DNA of 64,000 bases from the NCBI GenBank assembly GCA_038087875.1, contig CM075997.1, positions 2,048,001 to 2,112,000 of the forward strand, given 5' to 3'. Below, piece after piece: positions 36,501-46,255 of this stretch. Numbering within the stretch: position 1 is the stretch's first letter; each line of letters starts with the position of its first letter. The notes below the pieces were generated by a model. It had not been told where the DNA came from. It did not search any database and saw only the letters and a list, made by a program, of their open reading frames with translations. The position numbers and the translations under genes are program-made. The stretch comes from Malacoraja senta. Its lineage: Eukaryota.

Positions 36501-39324
36501 CTATACCCCAGAATGAAGAAGCAAAAACAGGTGTTTAGAAATGTCTGCATTCTGGGGTATTGTGTGTCGATTGATGATTTTTAAAAAAAGAATTAAATCC
36601 ATTTTAAAATAAGGCTGTAACGTAACAAAATGTGGAAAATGTGAAGGGGTCTGAATACTTTCTGAATGCACTGTAGGTCAAGATTTTTATTGTTTCCAAA
36701 TTAAAGGATGTTGAAAATGTGAAATGTGGTCCATTTGTAAATTGCAACAAAATTGGTGAGAGTGGTGACCATTTTCCTGGGAAAACATAAACACTTAGCT
36801 GCAAAAGGATCCTTCCAGACGGCAGGCCAATAATCCACGCAACATTTGGAAAATTACTTGCCACTGATGCAAGACACTCTAAATTACTTTACAGTCATTG
36901 AAGTAGGAATCAATAGGCAATATTAGAGTAACTCAGCGGGACAGACAGCATCTCTCGATAGAGGAATGGGTGACCTTTTTGGTCGAGACCTGAAAGGTCA
37001 CCCATTCCTTCTATCCAGAGATGCTGCCTGTCCTGCTGAGTTACTCCAGCATTTTGTGTCTACCTTCGGTTTAAACCAGAATCTGCAGTTCCTTCCTGCA
37101 CATTAATAGGCAATGTAAGCCATGATCATATTGAATGGCGGTACAGGCTCAAAGGGCCGAATGGCCTACTCCTGCACCTATTTTCTATGTTTCTATGTAA
37201 GTAAGTAAGTTTATTGGCCAAGTATTCACATACAATGAGTTTGCCTTGGTGCTCCACCCACAAGTAACAACATGACATACAGTGACAGTTATGAATGACT
37301 CAGAAAACACTAAACATTAATAATAATAAGACAATGATAAAACACCATTGATCAAGTATGTGAACCAACAAAATACCAATGTTGTACGATTGGGAATAAT
37401 GCATGAGAGTCTTTAGTACGTACCTCTCCACGAAGAACACTAAAATAGGTTAGAAAGACACAAAGTGCTGGAGTAACTCAGCAGGTCAGGCAGCATCTCT
37501 GGAGAAAAAGGATGGGTGACGTTTTGGGTCGGGACCCATCTTCATTTTGAGGAAAGGTCCCGACCCAACTCATCACCCATCCTTTTTCTCTTGAGATGTT
37601 GTCTGACCCGCTGAGTTAGTCCAGCACTTTATGTCTACCGTTGGTATATACCTCTATCTGCAGTTCCTTTCTACACTAAAATAGGTTACCTGTTCGAACA
37701 TGGTTGTTTGTGTGAAATTATTTTCACATTACCAGTTACTCAGTAGACGATCCATTTAAAAGAATAATGGAAACAAACATGAGCAGAAGAAAACATTATA
37801 AGTTAACATTAGAAAAACATTAGAAAAATGCATTGAATGTCAGACAGTTCTATATAAATTACATGTATACAGTCACCCACAGTAGTTTACAGCAGAGCCT
37901 CTCAAAGGAAATTACTCAATCATTTTTGCACTCCCTGGTTACAGTATTGACCGTTGCAGCCTAGCATTAGATTATAGCTCTCAAGAAACCAGAGGTCACT
38001 CACAATCTGATGGACCCATTTATTCCTACCAAAGATATACAGGTTTGTAGGTTAATTGGTTTGGTATAAATGTAAAATTGTCCCGTGTGTGTGTGTGGGG
38101 TAGTGTTAATGTGCGGGGATTGCAGGTTGGTGCGGACTCGGTTGGCCGAAGGGCCTGTTTCAGTGCTGTATCTCTAAACTAAACTAAATGATGACTGACT
38201 CCATGAGCAGCAGAGAGATTAAAATTGACATTCTTTGGTGTTGACCTTGTCTTGAAGATTCCTAATGCTGTTGTAACCAAGTACTTCAGTGGAACTGCCC
38301 ACTGTTTGTAAATCAGTGTCCTGTTTGTATTGAGATAACTATTTTTTTAACTGGTCATCTGTGACTGATTTGTAATATGAATTTTGAGTTTTATTCAAAC
38401 TCATTATGTGTTGAATCAACATGATAATAAAATCTAATCTTTTATTTTCCAGCTATTTCTAAATAGTAACTTGTGTTTTTAGAATGCATTGACATTTCTT
38501 TCCCTATTTTTGTTACAGAAGATTATTTGCTTGCTTCACCATCATCTCAATTGAGCGAGATACTACAGAGGCAAAGAAACAAATCAGGCCAAGTCCATAA
38601 TATGGTGTCAAGAGTATTAGATGTAGCATCAAGAAACCTTACGACTGTGAAGGATGAAGAAGAGCATGTGAACGTATTGAGCTCGAAATTCAAACCAACA
38701 TCAGACCTGTTGCCATTCAATGGAGGTCAACTTGAAAAGCCAGCACAAGAGGCTCTCTTTTGGTCAAAGTCTGCAAGCAATAACAGGACTGTGGCGACTC
38801 TAGGGAAAGGTCAAACTGATTCTAGATCAGCAGTACAAGGGAAACTGCAGGTTATCAGATCAACAAAGGGACAGAATATCCTACAGAAACTGGCCAAGAA
38901 AGTGCAGGAGGCTGGAATAAAACCATGGACATGGAAATCAAAACGAGAAGATTCGGAGAACGTCCCGCAAACATTGTTTGACAGTGCCAGCAAGTCGATC
39001 CAGTGTTTCCAGAAGGCTTCCGTTGCCTCTGTCGATGAATCTACCCTCACCCCATGTGTCTACACGGATATGAGAGATGCGGACGGTAAAAACTTGCATA
39101 GACTTCTGCCAGACCAAATATTGAAGCAGGGTCCAGCCTTGAAAAGAGGGGAGCTGGGGCAAATGGAAGCTGAGCTGCACCTGGATTTGGCCTCCTCCAG
39201 TGACTCTACCACAGAAGAACATGCAGTCAAAGAGCCCAAAATATTTATATCTTCCGTAGATATTCATTCTGCCAATGAAGCAAATGCAAATGGAGGTTAC
39301 TTGTACCTGGACTCGGCACAGTAG
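322..39324 (+). CDS. MGA-like: MGA-like (MAX gene-associated) transcription factor, 3' part, 21 traced exons, three bHLH-ZIP domains
   Basis: GT-AG exons join in consistent phase from 2101 to stop TAG 39322-39324, apart from one frameshift in exon 7296-8126. MGA-type motifs: VEIISYCAWNENRVKIIKLI, FQKIGAL, LMLRPVKSADGRQLYKHSSGKVFQLV, and bHLH-ZIPs ending ISLLS(G). Lies upstream of a MAPKBP1-like gene. Confidence 0.85.
957..1266 (-). mobile_element. HE1-type tRNA-derived SINE
   Basis: (tttag)n tail, ggaaacaggcccttcggccc, central tgtgggaggaaaccg domain, tRNA-like head. Confidence 0.8.
2101..2248 (+). CDS. MGA-like: MGA-like exon B (S/T/P-rich)
   Basis: ttttag| acceptor and |gtaagt donor. Open frame ASKNNSNQPPVEQ...PPNSVT, phase 0 to 1. 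Confidence 0.7.
3050..3975 (+). mobile_element. CR1-type LINE 3' fragment
   Basis: RT C-terminus LVRPHLEYCVQFWSP...TRGHSL...LWNSLP plus the typical 3' tail. Confidence 0.9.
4230..4523 (+). CDS. MGA-like: MGA-like exon C
   Basis: tttctgcag| and |gtaggc, phase 1 to 1. Contains TTFQKIGALSKVI, similar to MGA SKVGALQQKI. Confidence 0.75.
5960..6184 (+). CDS. MGA-like: MGA-like exon D
   Basis: ctgttag| and |gtatgt, phase 1 to 1. LMLRPVKSADGRQLYKHSSGKVFQLV matches MGA MVLQPVRSPSGMNLFRHPNGQIVQLL (recalled). Confidence 0.85.
7296..8126 (+). CDS. MGA-like: MGA-like exon E, acidic linker of module 1 (internal frameshift near 7870)
   Basis: ttccag| and GAG|gtatgt. The 5' part is in the frame of ORF 7265-7909 and the 3' part in the frame of ORF 7791-8144. 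The 3' part is paralogous to exons 19377-19816 and 24799-25253. Confidence 0.75.
8490..8905 (-). mobile_element. Rex1/Babar-like LINE 3' fragment
   Basis: HPGHTLISPLPSGRRYRRLKSATSRFRNSFFPTAIRLLN motif. Confidence 0.7.
9794..9979. mobile_element. fold-back PLE-terminal-repeat-derived insertion with a 15-bp target-site duplication
   Basis: 74-bp inverted arms (9794-9867 and 9871-9944). Direct repeat AGTTATTCTTTCCCT at 9779-9793 and 9980-9994. Confidence 0.85.
10000..10103 (+). CDS. MGA-like: MGA-like exon F ('THS' exon, module 1)
   Basis: cccttgcag|ACTCATTCC ... CACAG|gtcagt, phase 0 to 2. Paralog of 25830-25924. Confidence 0.75.
10143..12262 (+). mobile_element. probable non-autonomous Helitron-like element with an internal GC-rich duplication and CT-rich tracts
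   Basis: Begins A|TCTCTATTATACTAAAAC and ends GGTCTAG|T. A block of about 300 bp is repeated at about 10715-11040 and 11560-11845. CT-rich simple repeat at 11845-12235. Confidence 0.5.
13898..15183 (+). CDS. pogo transposase (Brinker-like DBD, CENP-B HTH, DDE_1); 1-nt frameshift after the ATG
   Basis: NMDE, WDQF and QPLD catalytic Asp residues, with 35 residues between the last two. ATG 13898 is one base out of frame at the A7 run 13912-13918. Confidence 0.9.
15307..15558 (+). repeat. 25-bp minisatellite, about 10 copies, inside the pogo element
   Basis: Unit AATGGCCGCCACCATGGTGAATGGA recurring at 15311, 15336, 15361 and onward. Confidence 0.95.
16279..16327 (+). CDS. MGA-like: MGA-like 49-nt exon G (module 1)
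   Basis: ttctttag| and AAG|gtgagt. Encodes (R)GYFQPSQSSSHSTQRK, phase 2 to 0. Confidence 0.75.
16488..16646 (+). CDS. MGA-like: bHLH domain 1: basic region, helix 1, loop, start of helix 2
   Basis: AFESVFCQARKKAILHNMRERESRRMMENRFKILKNKLFDDRQIASKGTILDE. ttcttag| and |gtttgt, phase 0 to 0. Confidence 0.9.
17346..17457 (+). CDS. MGA-like: helix 2 / leucine zipper 1 (112 nt)
   Basis: AVDVIVNLDRQSTNLTMEKQLLLGKQKILLEKISLLS with Leu every 7 residues. tacag| and |gtaaga. Confidence 0.9.
17588..17830 (+). mobile_element. CR1-type LINE 3' end
   Basis: Matches the 3' end of 3050-3975. Confidence 0.8.
19377..19816 (+). CDS. MGA-like: acidic linker exon, module 2
   Basis: ctctcttcccctgcag| and CAG|gtatgt, phase 1 to 0. 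Within ORF 19325-19843. Confidence 0.8.
19890..20420 (-). mobile_element. unclassified CpG-rich retroposon
   Basis: GC-rich insert with an aataaag and short-repeat tail on the minus strand. Confidence 0.45.
21151..21312 (+). CDS. MGA-like: bHLH domain 2: basic region, helix 1, loop, start of helix 2
   Basis: EHGDPEYGWTARRKAAHHKLKERESRKLMENRFNILESTVFSDKKAPKGAILVK. cttttcag| and |gtttgt. Confidence 0.9.
23204..23315 (+). CDS. MGA-like: helix 2 / leucine zipper 2 (112 nt)
   Basis: AINVISDLDMHSEKLSVEKELLMKKQNELLEEISHLC. cttctcag| and |gtaaga. Confidence 0.9.
24417..24674. mobile_element. PIF/Harbinger-like MITE
   Basis: TIR AGGGCCTGTCCCACTTGGCGATTTTTATCGGCGACTGCC and its near-perfect inverse, with TTA on both sides. 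Confidence 0.75.
24799..25253 (+). CDS. MGA-like: acidic linker exon, module 3
   Basis: tgttgtag| and TTG|gtatgt, phase 1 to 0. Ends DEINEIDVEIL. Confidence 0.8.
25381..25648 (-). mobile_element. HE1-type SINE
   Basis: Same family as 957-1266. Confidence 0.75.
25830..25924 (+). CDS. MGA-like: 'THS' exon, module 3
   Basis: ttcctgcag|ACGCATTCA ... CTCAG|gtcagt, phase 0 to 2. Confidence 0.8.
27215..27400 (+). mobile_element. HE1-type SINE (partial)
   Basis: Same family, + strand. Confidence 0.7.
27806..27857 (+). CDS. MGA-like: 52-nt exon, module 3
   Basis: ttttgtttag| and AAG|gtaagc. Encodes (R)WHFHNYSQSHKFSPKIK, phase 2 to 0. Paralog of 16279-16327. Confidence 0.75.
28721..28888 (+). CDS. 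MGA-like: bHLH domain 3: basic region, helix 1, loop, start of helix 2
   Basis: SHSASELRKFKKSKKNPLLHSLREREWRKLMRKRFNKLRALLFEDERISKRAILDE. Donor |gtttgt. Confidence 0.9.
29358..29635 (-). mobile_element. HE1-type SINE
   Basis: Same family. Confidence 0.75.
31367..31478 (+). CDS. MGA-like: helix 2 / leucine zipper 3 (112 nt)
   Basis: GVNEIVKLCHQSQKLCLEKKLLMKKHKALLKIISVLS. cccacag| and |gtattc. Confidence 0.9.
32475..32563 (+). CDS. MGA-like: post-zipper exon
   Basis: atacag| and CCT|gtaagt. AEKKLKNEKSGEKNSEDYEHNGAPVSTGHP, phase 1 to 0. Confidence 0.7.
33445..33757 (-). mobile_element. HE1-type SINE
   Basis: Same family. Confidence 0.75.
34258..35010 (+). mobile_element. unclassified CpG-rich retroposon with AATAAA and (TATGAT)n tail
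   Basis: Abrupt GC-rich insert ending ggctaataaaatatgattatgattatga. Confidence 0.5.
35034..35088 (+). CDS. MGA-like: 55-nt exon
   Basis: ggtttcag| and G|gtaaga. LSSAAVETSEESTLVPIA, phase 0 to 1. Confidence 0.65.
35420..35682 (-). mobile_element. HE1-type SINE
   Basis: Same family. Confidence 0.75.
36204..36368 (+). CDS. MGA-like: penultimate exon
   Basis: gtcgcag| and CAG|gtacgg. Open 165 nt, phase 1 to 1. Confidence 0.7.
36392..36673. mobile_element. Tc1-like internally deleted element (MITE)
   Basis: Long inverted repeats starting CAGTGCATTCAGAAAGTATTCAGACCCC, with TA at the right flank. Confidence 0.85.
38519..39324 (+). CDS. MGA-like: terminal coding exon
   Basis: tttttgttacag| enters ORF 38473-39324 in phase 1 and ends at TAG. 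Confidence 0.8.
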
Positions 39325-42300
39325 TGAGAATGGTTCCTTAATGGAGTAGCTCTGACTGTAACAAATGTTGCTGGCTCTTCTCTTTCACTTGCACTCCTGT
39401 GCCGAAGATTTCTCCATGCCTTAATGGAAGACTGGCCGAGTAACTCATGGCCAGAAAGGTTGAGCTTTGTTTTGGGATAGATGAGCCGTGACTCGGATTG
39501 GGCTCGCCTGAGGCAAGCTACTGAAACGTAACAGCAAGGGCTGCACCCTGTGCTAATGTTAGATTTGACTCTTATGTTTACACACGGCCTTTTAAAGCTG
39601 TTCGAGAAAGTCTTGCTCTGCTGCTTTTGTGACTGAACAAAGGCCAAGTTCTCTTCTCTTTCTCCTTATTCTGCCCTCATCAAGGTTACTGTCTTTCCGG
39701 CAGGAAGAATGTAATCGGAGGGGTGTAGCCCCAGGAGCAGTTAGAACTGCAAGCTGCACAGCTGTTAACTTGGTTGCAATATTAGCATTTGCACAATAAG
39801 ATGATTGTGGGATGTAACTGAGAGCTGTGGAGTCAAACCAGAGTGAAAGTGGAATGATCTATGTGAAGAATGCACCCCCAAAGTGAAACTCCTGCAGAAT
39901 TTTGTATTTATGGAGATACCAATAGTAAAAACACACCACTCCGTCCCGCCACATCCCATCTAGATTATTAGTTGCCGATTATTTAATGTGCAGAAGTAAA
40001 TCATAAGAATGTTATTAAATGTGACCAAGTGGGCCCTAAGTCAACAAGTTATTGAGGGTCCGTAGGAATGGGATCATTTTGCAAGTTAAACTCTTGATTT
40101 CTGAAGACTGGAGTCCCCATTGTTCATGTTTGCTGTGCGTAAACTAGTCGGGCAAGGACGATATCTTTATAGTATAAAGTGCATTCCCTTGTAGAAAGTT
40201 AATTTTATACTAGCAAAGTAGCTACTTATGGGTACACTTTAAGTTAAAACGGTTAAAGTTTTCAAAGTTGTTATTCAGGCCTATTGCTCCCTGAAGAATC
40301 CTCCAATGGGGTAATTTTACTGTAATTCCAAGTGTGAGGATCTGCAGTGATTTCCTTTTTGTGGTCCCAGCACTGGTTATTTACTGTTCCCCAGCTGTTT
40401 CCAGGTTCTGAACGAACCGATCATGGCATAGATTCCCAAACACAGTAGTCTAGGTGAACCTTGGGACTATTCGGTGTCATTATGTATTAATGAACCAAGT
40501 TGAGCCCTGTGGTCCACTCCATCTTCTGTAGGAACCAGCAGGTCGTTTGTGGTATCTCTGCTGATGAATTGGACACTGCTCTCTGAATGTGGATTTTCAG
40601 ATTTACAAACTTTTCACATGGGTGCAGGATCCATAGAGCTGGGATATTTGAGGAATTGTAGTTTAGTGCAGAGACTTGGACCATGGACAACCATTTTTCT
40701 AACCAATACTTGGGTTGAGGTTATGATGTCCCTGTATGTGCTTCTATTTCTAGTGGTCCAGCACGTATGTATGTAACTCGGAGTTCGGTTCAGTTTGTAC
40801 CACAGCTCCAGGTGTTGGTTTAGCGTTTGAGGGTCACGCGGTTTACAACGGTCTGTTTTAACACCGTTACCTCAGTGATGGACTAATCCTAAATGCGAAC
40901 ACAAAAAATGGGTTGAAAAAAGTTACCCAAACGATGGGAAACTGGATTTAATCCTTGTACATCATGTTCCTTGGGATCCCAGCTTAAAATGTGGAGCCCA
41001 GAAAAATCCATTGGAACATCTTTTGGTTATGATTGCTAATTTCTGTAATTTGGAAGAACTCCACTCCTTTATCTTGCATGATTATGGGGACTAGGTGGAC
41101 GAAATTGGTCTGATGTAACGTTTGAGTATATCCTTGTGAAAGAAAGATTTCTGGAAGTGGTGAACAGGTGACAATACTTATGCACATTTTCAGTACTGTA
41201 ACTGTTTCCCAATGCTGCATGTCAGGCACATCTTGCCACAATGGATTTGAAGGGCCACCAATGTTCTACCTCCTCATAATCTGACCTTGCACTGCCATGG
41301 GGAAATATCCTTGGACATCTTTTTTGTCCTGTTGCTCTCGTGATTTGCTTATATTTTATTTTCTGTCTGCACAGCCATCTCTGGCATTTGTTGTGTTTCA
41401 CATTTTGTTTGAATGCTTTTTGAAATTGCCAGCCCAATGTAACAGTGCTTTGTAGTTCAAGACATGGCACAGTTGTGTATCATGCTAGACTTTAAAAAAA
41501 CAAACAGAAGTCAAGGCTGTGTACAGTTTCTAAAATTCCGTTGTATATTATAGCTAATCATCAGTCTGAGGAAGGGTCTCTCCCCAAAATGTCCCTATTC
41601 CTTCGCTCCATAGATGCTGCCTCACCCGCTGAGTTTCTCCAGCATTTTTGTCTACGATTTTTCCAGCATCTGCAGTTCCTTCTTAAACTAATCATCAGAT
41701 ATGATCATTGCTGCAGAAAAAGTGAGACTGGTAGAATTCATCTACTTGGGTGGGATTAGTACATTGCAGATGCAGCACTAATTATATCTGCCACACTACT
41801 ACTGTTTAAATTCTAGTCTCCATAATCTCTCCGGTTGAATGTGAACTACATTAAGAATTAGTCGTCAATAATAGATTGAAGTTTAGTTTTCGCTTCCATT
41901 GTTTGACCAGGAACTGAATCAATAGGATTTTGTCAGGCTAGAAAGTATCGCGTTTTAAAGTAGAAAATAGACTTAAATTTAACAACATCTACTAATTTAC
42001 TGGCCAACTTGTGCCAAGTGATCTGAACCATTACTAGCTGTTTATAGAATTTGGCATGTAACCTGTTGGCCTTTGAGGAGAAACTTGCAAGTGTATCATG
42101 GAGATTGTTAGAAGGATATATCTAGTGCTCTAGAACTGCAGTGATATGTTTTCCTCCCCACCCCCCCCCCCCCCCTCCAAATTTCAAAAACACAGCAGTC
42201 ACAGTTCCATTCATACGAGAACGGCCAGCGTTAGGACTTTTTTTTTTCCTGTTGCCAGAGGGTAAAATATTTGTTAAACCTGAATTTTAAATAGTTGGAT

Positions 42301-44580
42301 TTCAAAAAGGAACAATTTAGTTAACATTAAATTAACTCATTGTTACTGGTTGATTTGTATTCAGTGAGGAACTACTGTTAACCAGTTTTCAAGTGAAATC
42401 CACGCCACCTGTCCTGAAACCCCTTCTCCCCTCTCCTGCAATCAGTCTGAAGAAGGGTCCCGACCCGAAACGTCATCTATCCATGTTCCCCCACGGATGC
42501 TACCTGACACGCTGAATTACTCCAGCATTTTGTGTCTTTCCTTCGTAAACCAGCATCTGCAGTTCTTTGGTTTCTATATTCTGTAAAATCAGTTTAGTCC
42601 TTTTAAAGGCTGAGAGAAGGAAGGTGGAACTGATGTTTGCTGATCACCATTGTTCTGTTTCTGTCTACCATTGAAAATATTTTTTCCTGTTTTTAACTTA
42701 ATTTTGTTTTGGTGCCCATTACAAAAAAACTTTTCCAACCCCTTGCACTAAACCTTTCCTTGATCTCTATATATCTGTCTTTGGAAAGTCAGATGAGGGG
42801 CAGCCACAGGGACAATAGCCAGTGATTAGACCTACTTGGATTTTTGCTCCATCTGTTAAAACTTGGGGTAAACGTAGTTTACTCTGTGTGTGTGTGTGTG
42901 TTCACTTGTACAGGAGTAAGAATGAAATCTGCATTACCAAATGGGCAACCAAATGAAGCAACGTTTTACTCATTTGTTCTATGTTTTCATATCTCGTTTC
43001 CCTCTCCCCTGACTCTCAATCTGAAGGAGGGTCTCGGCTGGAAACGTCACCTATTCCTTCTCTCCAGAGATGCTGCCTGACCCACTGAGTTAATCCAGCT
43101 TTTTGTGTCTATCTCATGAGGCACCTTCAGTTCACGGCACCTGCACACACCTCTCAACAGCTCCCGTAATCATTCCTGACGTGGGAAAGTTTATCTTTCA
43201 TTCCTCTTTCACCTGCAGCATTCCAAACTTTTTGTTGTTGCTTCTCTTCTGGGCATCTTGCATTTTCCTTCCCATTTAGTTTAGAATAAAGCCTTGCTGC
43301 AGCTTATGAAAAAATGAAAAGATTGGAACCTTGCAGCTTGAGACACGTGGGCACCAGACTTGAAATGCAAAGCAAAATATAATTATGCACTGTGGCAGAT
43401 ATAGCCTGTCTTTAATCAGTTATTTAAAAATCAATTTTAGTGCTAATTTTAAGTTTATCTGTAGACTGCTTAGCCAATATACAAGCTAAGGGAGTGGATT
43501 ATCTGCCAATTATATAAGTGATTACTCACAGGTAAATTTGTATTTGAAAATACTTTTGTATTCACATGTGATCATGCGATCATTGGCGTCGTGGCTGGCA
43601 CAGATATTGTGTGTGAAGGGCCAGGTCCTGTGTTCTATCTGATGACTAGTTCGGGTTCAACCTCTAGCCTGGTCCATAGAAAATGTCCCCTCCTATCAAT
43701 TACTTAGACCCAGAACTAGAATTTTGATTAATTGTTTAATCATGACGATGACATTGAGAATTGAAGGAAAGTAAGTTGCTTTGTTAATTGTTTACCCTGT
43801 AGTCCGAGTGAGAAAATTGTGGACTTAATCACTACTTGAAGACACGAGTCCATAATTTAGTCTAGCCCAACTATTGTTTACGGAGTTGATATTCTTTGGG
43901 ATGGGCATTAAGCAAGATGTGAGGTAGGCATTAGAAGCCAGTATGTCAATGAAGGCGAGAGATCTTGTGCTGTCCTGGCCAACATTCCTCCCTTAACTGG
44001 ATATTACACTCAATGTCGATGAGCTCTTGCTTACCCAGATTGGCTGCTTTTATTTGCCTACATAACAATCACTGCATTACAAGAGAATTGTAAGTGTGAA
44101 GCTCCTTGAGACCTTCAAGAGATGTAATTAGGTGCTATATGAATGCATTTAAAAAAAATAATTGTAACAAACATGGTATTTATCAGTGTAACGAATTTGT
44201 GTTGCAAGAATTCTGTGAAAAATGGATATAAGCTGGACTGAAGATTCCAGAGCATGATTGAAACATTTAATGAGGAAAAGCTCCTTAATGTGATATCACA
44301 ATGTAGAAAACATGACATCAATTTTTTTAATTCATGGTGTATTCAAGTGCTTGTCTGCATAATGGAAGTTTTCCTTTCACGTCGTTGTAGTTCCTTGTGA
44401 CTAAAGGATATCTTTTTTAAATGGCAAATATTGATTTGCTACTGAATTTATCTAAGCCAGTTTGTAAAGTAATACCAGTGTTATTTGTATTTTTAATATT
44501 TTTCAATGAAAGGTGCATCACCTAATGGTGAGAATTATTTTTAGTATGAATACTCTGTAAATACAGCAAACTCATTAAAA
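39325..44580 (+). other. probable long 3' UTR of the MGA-like gene
   Basis: Fairly repeat-poor AT-rich sequence after the stop. Candidate polyA signals AATAAA near 43285 and ATTAAA near 44574. The end point is unverified. Confidence 0.3.
42447..42474 (+). ncRNA. minimal hammerhead-ribozyme-like motif in a PLE-derived short repeat
   Basis: CTGAAGA-AGGGTCCCGACCC-GAAAC-GTC. Confidence 0.5.
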
Positions 44581-44821
44581 AGCATGTTTGCTGCAAAATG
44601 TTTTATTTGGCTAGATGTTAATCTTATTCACATCCAAGTGACAAGAAATTTAGTGTCTGATTAGTGATCTGCACTAGTTTTGACCTCTCGCTCTCCACCT
44701 TAACTCCTGTCAATTTTAAACATACCTGTTCACCTCAAATCTGTAATGCATTTTCACCATGCTCATACTACATCTCCACTCTGTTACTATATGTGATTAA
44801 AATGAAGAGTTGGGCTTTTGG

Positions 44822-45068
44822 AGTTTAGAGATGCAGCGCGGAAACAGTCCCGTCAGCCCACCAGCGATCCCCACACATTCACACTATTCTACACACACTA
44901 GGGACAATTTACAATTTTACCAAGCCAATTGACCTGTGGGAGGAAACCGGAGAACCTACGCAGTCACAGGGAGAACGTACAAACTCTGTGCAGACAGCAC
45001 CCGTAGTCAAGATCAAAACTGGGTCTCTGGCGCTGTGAGGCAGCAACTGTACTGCTGTGCCACCATGC
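44822..45068 (-). mobile_element. HE1-type SINE
   Basis: Same family. Confidence 0.75.
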
Positions 45069-45957
45069 CACTGGAGATAAATTCCACCTGTAAGTGACGG
45101 CTTTCAAATGTCCCTTCTGGTAGTTGAGGCTGTGGATCCACTCAACAAGGATTGTGGGACCAAACTACAGATAAATTCCCTGACATGGAGAAGTTCAAAT
45201 CAAGAACAGCACTGGTCAGTGGAATCTCTGAAGGACATGGATAGGTGACACTTCAAGGCCTGAAGAAGGATCCCAATCCGAAACGGCACCTAGCAATGCC
45301 AGTCAGAAGAGGGATCCCGACTCAAAACATTGTCTATCCATGTCCTCCAGACATGCTGCCTGACCTGTTGAGTTACTCCAGCATTTGTGTTCTACAAGAT
45401 TCTAGCATCTGCAGTTCCTTTTGTCTAGGAAGTTCATAGCAAAAGAGCATAACATTAAAGCGAGTGGTAGGCCAGGATAAAATCTTGGAGGATTTCCATA
45501 AAAATCCATCTGCTTTATTAAAGTCCCTCAGAAGATGAAATTTGTCGTCCTTATCCTGTCCAACCAGTGTGTGATTCCGCACCCACCAATGTGGCTGACT
45601 GACATCCCCGCAGAAATGGCCAGCAATCAACGGTGCAAGGACTTGTTAGGCATGGGTATTAGACTCTGCTCTACAATCAATGGCCACAGCCTGTATAGGG
45701 AGAAATGAGGGGAAAAAAGCTCCACTTTGAATCTTGTTTGTATCATTATTGAGTGGAGGGAGGTGGCAATGTCACTTATCTGAGGATAATCGAGAAGACA
45801 TCTCTACCCAGAAGAACGAATGGAGCGTTGGGTGGAAATGCGCTGGAAACTGCTGACAAGCTGGACAAACCAAGCATCAAAGAACCAAATAAAGCAGCAG
45901 ATCCTTGCTAATAATAAAATCAGAGATGACATCCAACTAAAATTATTAAACATAGGA

Positions 45958-46255
45958 TAGTTTTTAGAGTTACAGTGTGGAAACAGGCCCTTTGGCCCAC
46001 CGATCCATGCCGTCCATTGATCTCCTGTTTACACTAGTTCTATGTTTTCCCACTTTCACATTCACTCCCTACACACTTGTGGCAATTTACAGAGGCTAAT
46101 CAACCTACAAATCAGCACGTCTGGGATGTGGGAAGAAGCCCACGCAGTCGAGTCACAGGGAGAATGTGCAAACTCCACAAAGACAGCACCCGAGGTCAGG
46201 ATTGAACCCGGGTCTTTAGTGCTGTGAAGCAGCGGCTCTAGCTCCTGCACCACCC
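45958..46255 (-). mobile_element. HE1-type SINE
   Basis: Same family. Confidence 0.75.
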
